NCBI GenBank assembly: GCA_965204345.1
Contig: OZ241981.1
Span: 830,639 to 894,638 of the forward strand
Source: Nitrosopumilus sp.
Lineage (GTDB): Archaea; Thermoproteota; Nitrososphaeria; Nitrososphaerales; Nitrosopumilaceae
Reading direction: 5' to 3'
DNA length: 64,000 bases
The notes under the pieces: model-generated
What the model was told of the DNA's origin: nothing
Databases searched by the model: none
Seen by the model: the letters and a program-made list of their open reading frames with translations, nothing else
Shown here: positions 60,442 through 64,000 of the stretch, in pieces
Position numbering within the stretch: the first letter of the stretch is position 1
Layout of the letters: the number at the start of each line of letters is the position of its first letter
Program-made: the position numbers and the translations under genes

Positions 60442-61000
60442 CTTGATCTTCCCATAATTGCATTTTTTCGTGCTTTTCTTTTCTATTTGCAGCTTCTAGT
60501 TTTGTATAAACGGCACCATGCATACTTCCATTTGAGATTGAAGAGATGGCATCAACGGCTAAACGCAGCTTGCCTGAGTTGCCTATGATTGAAACAGTTT
60601 TTCCATAAACTGAGATGTGAGTACCGCTAAGATTTTCCATATTTCGTCTTGCTCTACCACCTTCTCCGATAATCCTCCCTTTTATCCTTTCAACATTGGC
60701 ATTGGATTTTCCCACAAATTCCCGAAGATCTATTACATGTAATGCATTGTCACCCTTTAGTAATGTCATTGCATTTTCAGGAGAAAATCCTCTGCCAATA
60801 GCAGTGACAATCTCCATAGCTTTGAAGGGTTGTATTTTTTCAACGTCGCCGCTAGATTTTATAAAAACCTCACCCGTATCACCGTCAATATCCAATGTAA
60901 CACAGCAGGCATGCTCAATCTTTGATTTTACATTACCAGATTTGCCAATTAATACTGCAATCCGATCACTTGGGATTCGAATTAATTTTTCAAATATCAT
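60428..61000 (-). CDS. KH-domain RNA-processing protein (Dim2/Pno1 family)
   Basis: VLIGKSG, IGRGFSPE, RIIGEGG, HGAVY. Confidence 0.92.
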   Translation of the reverse strand: MIFEKLIRIPSDRIAVLIGKSGNVKSKIEHACCVTLDIDGDTGEVFIKSSGDVEKIQPFKAMEIVTAIGRGFSPENAMTLLKGDNALHVIDLREFVGKSNANVERIKGRIIGEGGRARRNMENLSGTHISVYGKTVSIIGNSGKLRLAVDAISSISNGSMHGAVYTKLEAANRKEKHEKMQLWEDQDVFY

Positions 61001-61776
61001 CTAACAACATCCTCAAATATTTTACTTGAATCCTCAACAGAAACGCCTCTCTTATTGAAGAATTTTCCAATGTTATTAATATCTCGTTTAAGAAACTCTT
61101 GAGCGTTGGGATGCCTAAGATCAACGCCGGAACCAAGATCAAAGACTGTCAAACCAGCCGAGGTTTTAAAAATATTATACTCTGAATAGTCGCCATGAAC
61201 CAACTTTGCCTTTTTGTAAAGATCCCCAATTATAGAAATGGCCTGAAGATAGTCATTTTTGTCTACTTTTGAGTATAGCAGGGACTTGGCAGGTGCCCCG
61301 TTGATTCCAACAAACTCCATGGCAAGCACGTTGTTCTTGAGATAAAGTGGTTTTGGTACAGGTATTCCTGCTTTGTAGCATTGGGTTAAATTTCGAAATT
61401 CTTTTTTTGCCCAAAGGTAAACCAAGTTTTTTGTGCCTTTTCTTACATGTGAAAATCTGGGATCCCCAAGAATGTAGGATTCACGTTTTTTGAAATTTGA
61501 GGTACTTACCAAATAAATTTTCAAGGCTACGTCTTTGTTATCCTTGTCTACACCCCAGAAAAGAACAGATTCCTTGCCGGCACTAACTGAACCATTGACA
61601 TACTCAATAATATGATCTGTAATCATTTTGTACAAAGTCATCACGGTGGGTTTGTCCAAGACCTCATTGACAACCTTGCCTTTTTTGAATCCATCCTCCA
61701 AACGTTTTCGACTTTGTTTTGAAACCAGTTTGTTGTCTATTTTAGATTCTAGCTTTTTATCAAGTATGTCAGTCAT
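60997..61776 (-). CDS. rio1: RIO1 family serine kinase
   Basis: SAGKES, KIY, LVHGDYSEYN, FDLG, FLKRDINNI. Confidence 0.93.
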   Translation of the reverse strand: MTDILDKKLESKIDNKLVSKQSRKRLEDGFKKGKVVNEVLDKPTVMTLYKMITDHIIEYVNGSVSAGKESVLFWGVDKDNKDVALKIYLVSTSNFKKRESYILGDPRFSHVRKGTKNLVYLWAKKEFRNLTQCYKAGIPVPKPLYLKNNVLAMEFVGINGAPAKSLLYSKVDKNDYLQAISIIGDLYKKAKLVHGDYSEYNIFKTSAGLTVFDLGSGVDLRHPNAQEFLKRDINNIGKFFNKRGVSVEDSSKIFEDVVR

Positions 61777-61858
61777 GAGATAGAAATACTCCTGCTACAT
61801 AAAAGAGATTCCTATCAAAAATAAAAACAATGTCTGAGGCAGAAAGCAAATCAATCAG

Positions 61859-62155
61859 TTACATGTTAAAAATTATCAAGAAGGGAACGTCAGATATTGT
61901 TTTAACGGCATTCTCAGAGCCTATACCAAGTTTGAGAGACAGCGATACTGTTTCTTTTCCGGCCATGTTAATGATTGAAGAATTTTTTAACAGAGATTCG
62001 GCTTCCTCTTTTTCAATAAATCTCTCACCATAATAATTCTCACTAATGTGCATAGTCAAATCGTCTTGGATGATTTTTTTCCCCAATAGATCAGCATCGC
62101 AAATATTTAACATGATTTGTTCTTGATAGTCAGTTACACGTACTGAAAATTGCAT
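61859..62155 (-). CDS. DUF424 family protein
   Basis: ICDADLLGK, YYG, INMAGKETV. Confidence 0.88.
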   Translation of the reverse strand: MQFSVRVTDYQEQIMLNICDADLLGKKIIQDDLTMHISENYYGERFIEKEEAESLLKNSSIINMAGKETVSLSLKLGIGSENAVKTISDVPFLIIFNM

Positions 62156-62577
62156 TATGCATATTTACCTTTTAACGTAGACTTTGCACCACATGCTTCA
62201 CAAATTAGAAAGGAGATTCTGTTTTCTTTAAGAATTTTTGTATCCGGACTCTTACAGGTAGTGCACTCAAGATAGTCCTTTACATAAATTTGGAACAGTC
62301 TTGTAAAATCATCTGGGGCCCTTCTACCAACAAACATTGCCTTATCACCCAGTCTCTCTGCGGGAACTGCAAATTCTTTTGAAAGATACTGAAGCACCTT
62401 ATCGGGGTCTCTTCGAAGAACCTTGGGAAACTCTGAAAAATTTCGTAAAAATGTTTTCTGGCCTTCCCACATGACATCAACAATAGGAAGCTCAAATCTG
62501 GTCTGGGATTCCTTGTCAGAATCACCCAGTTTATCTTGAATGCGTTTGAGTAGCGTTTTGTAATCGGACTTGGTCAC
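62155..62577 (-). CDS. eif2b: Translation initiation factor 2 subunit beta
   Basis: NFSEF..LRRDPD..LSKE; CTTCKSPDT..CEACGA. Confidence 0.95.
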   Translation of the reverse strand: MTKSDYKTLLKRIQDKLGDSDKESQTRFELPIVDVMWEGQKTFLRNFSEFPKVLRRDPDKVLQYLSKEFAVPAERLGDKAMFVGRRAPDDFTRLFQIYVKDYLECTTCKSPDTKILKENRISFLICEACGAKSTLKGKYA

Positions 62578-62645
62578 TAAAAGATAGTGTATGGTAGACC
62601 CTATATGGGTTTTGAAAAAGAGAAATCGTGTAGTGTGGACTGGTA

Positions 62646-62792
62646 TTACTCCATCTTTCCTATACGGAAGACGTTAGTACCACATGTTGGACACTTGCCT
62701 TTTACAGCAGGACGCCCATTCTTTAATGTAGTTTCCTTGGGATCTTTGATGTCCCTTTTTGCTCTGCATTTTACACAGTATGCTTGAACCAT
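62646..62792 (-). CDS. DUF5679-type small Zn-ribbon protein (48 aa)
   Basis: Hand-translated MVQAYCVKCRAKRDIKDPKETTLKNGRPAVKGKCPTCGTNVFRIGKME. Confidence 0.85.
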   Translation of the reverse strand: MVQAYCVKCRAKRDIKDPKETTLKNGRPAVKGKCPTCGTNVFRIGKME

Positions 62793-63046
62793 TATGAAAT
62801 TTGTCAAACTTTGTGGTATTTAGTAAGAGGCTGTGAAAATAAATTAACTATAGGCTAGACACGCATAAATTTTTTTAGGCATCAAAAGATCAATTTTACA
62901 AAAAAATTCAAATAAAATGGAGATTTTATTGAAAATTATCGGCATGATTATAAAATAAAACAATTTTTTTCAAATATTTGTTGGTTAATTATTGATTTTA
63001 TAGATTATGATCAATTATAAAAACCTCCTAAGAATAAAACAACAAA

Positions 63047-63547
63047 ATGGCATCAAAGAAAGGAATAGCTGTAACTGCAATAATTTTGGCCGTAATTACA
63101 GGTGCCAGTTTTTCGCTATGGTTTATTCCACAAGATTATCAAACAACTTTTGTTGTATCAGATTATGAGGGTTATTTAGACGGTGTAAAAAACATCCAAG
63201 AAGTACTAGAAGAATCAATTGATATAGAATACCAAAATATGCTCAAAGGAGAAATAACCCCACAAGAATACATCACAACAACTGAAGTGACATCATCGCA
63301 GATTACAGCGCAGATAAGTGAATTTGTAACATCAAAACCAACAGAAGAGTGGCAAGATAGCTATATCAACTACATGGATGCAATGATGAAATTTAATTCA
63401 TATGTTATAGAAACCAAGGTATTAGCAAATTTGATTGAAAATCAAAGCTCAGATGAGGAAATTACGCAGATGATAGAAAAAATAGACATGCTAAAGGCAG
63501 AATTTAAGGAATTGGTTAAAACATCTGATAAAACAAGGCCAAATTAG
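63047..63547 (+). CDS. Membrane-anchored hypothetical protein
   Basis: N-terminal TM, helical acidic domain. Confidence 0.75.
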   Translation: MASKKGIAVTAIILAVITGASFSLWFIPQDYQTTFVVSDYEGYLDGVKNIQEVLEESIDIEYQNMLKGEITPQEYITTTEVTSSQITAQISEFVTSKPTEEWQDSYINYMDAMMKFNSYVIETKVLANLIENQSSDEEITQMIEKIDMLKAEFKELVKTSDKTRPN

Positions 63548-63617
63548 CCTCAAGACCGAATTTTACTAGTAAGAATGGTTGGAAATCGTTAAAAAGTGAT
63601 TTTACAATAAAAATACA

Positions 63618-64000
63618 TTGTCTCAAAGAACAGGTAAGATAGAAAAAGATGTCAATGCGTCTGCTGCCAACAAGCTACTTGTAATTTGTATTGATAGAGA
63701 TAATGATGTAGGTGAAAAGGCAGGAATTCTCACACCCGTCATAGGCAGAGATGCATGTATAGAAACTGCTCAAAGGTTAGCATTAGAAGACCCAGAAGAT
63801 GCGGATTCAAATTCCATATTTGCGGCAATTAAAACATATGAAGACTTGATCAGCAAGGGATATCAGGCAGAGGTAATCACAGTGGCAGGAGTCAAGGACA
63901 GAGGAGTTCAGGCCGATGAAAAAATCCTTGTTGAAATAAGAAAAGTGCTGGAGAAGTTTTCAGCAGAAGGGGCAGTAATAGTTTCAGACGGAGAGGATGA
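63618..64000 (+). CDS. DUF373 family protein (partial; runs off window edge)
   Basis: TTG start; LLVICIDRDNDVGEKAG..PVIGR..LALEDPEDADSN..IVSDGED. Confidence 0.88.
   Translation, partial: MSQRTGKIEKDVNASAANKLLVICIDRDNDVGEKAGILTPVIGRDACIETAQRLALEDPEDADSNSIFAAIKTYEDLISKGYQAEVITVAGVKDRGVQADEKILVEIRKVLEKFSAEGAVIVSDGED

Noticed and set aside
61776-61859. Absence of aIF-1A between DUF424 and rio1
   Set aside because: Noticed against the common archaeal gene order, but I cannot confirm the ancestral order for this lineage; the gene may simply lie elsewhere.

Overview
64 kb of chromosome from a marine ammonia-oxidising archaeon (Nitrosopumilaceae, Nitrosopumilus-like). The assignment rests on a eukaryote-like type IB topoisomerase, the ADP-forming 3-hydroxypropionyl-CoA synthetase of the thaumarchaeal 3HP/4HB carbon-fixation cycle, rpS30e, an RPC34/TFE-beta homolog and an intron-containing tRNA. 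Most of the window is conserved core: gdhA, psmA, the rpl21e-rpo4-DUF655-rsmA-hemK block, radA, pyrD/pyrK, nop5/fibrillarin, trm1, rlmE, apt/mtnP, top6A/B, rio1 and aIF-2beta. Two accessory regions interrupt it. (1) ~19.8-24.6 kb is a decayed integrative element near tRNA-Ser(GCT), with a multiply broken tyrosine-integrase remnant, a 74-bp hairpin, an intact His-rich ZnuA and a divergent Cys-rich micro-ORF. (2) ~32.7-39.8 kb is a hypervariable block between radA and rps30e. In it, two unrelated secreted proteins start from ~93%-identical inverted copies of a ~235-bp promoter+signal-peptide cassette, interleaved with an inverted copy of the radA 3' end/HAD start. The block also holds a membrane-tethered ArsR regulator, a frameshifted S1 protease, a frameshifted Schlafen AlbA_2 gene and a PIN-like gene. 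RadA and TFE-beta carry recently expanded tandem-repeat tails. All family assignments come from motif recognition by eye; no database searches were run.
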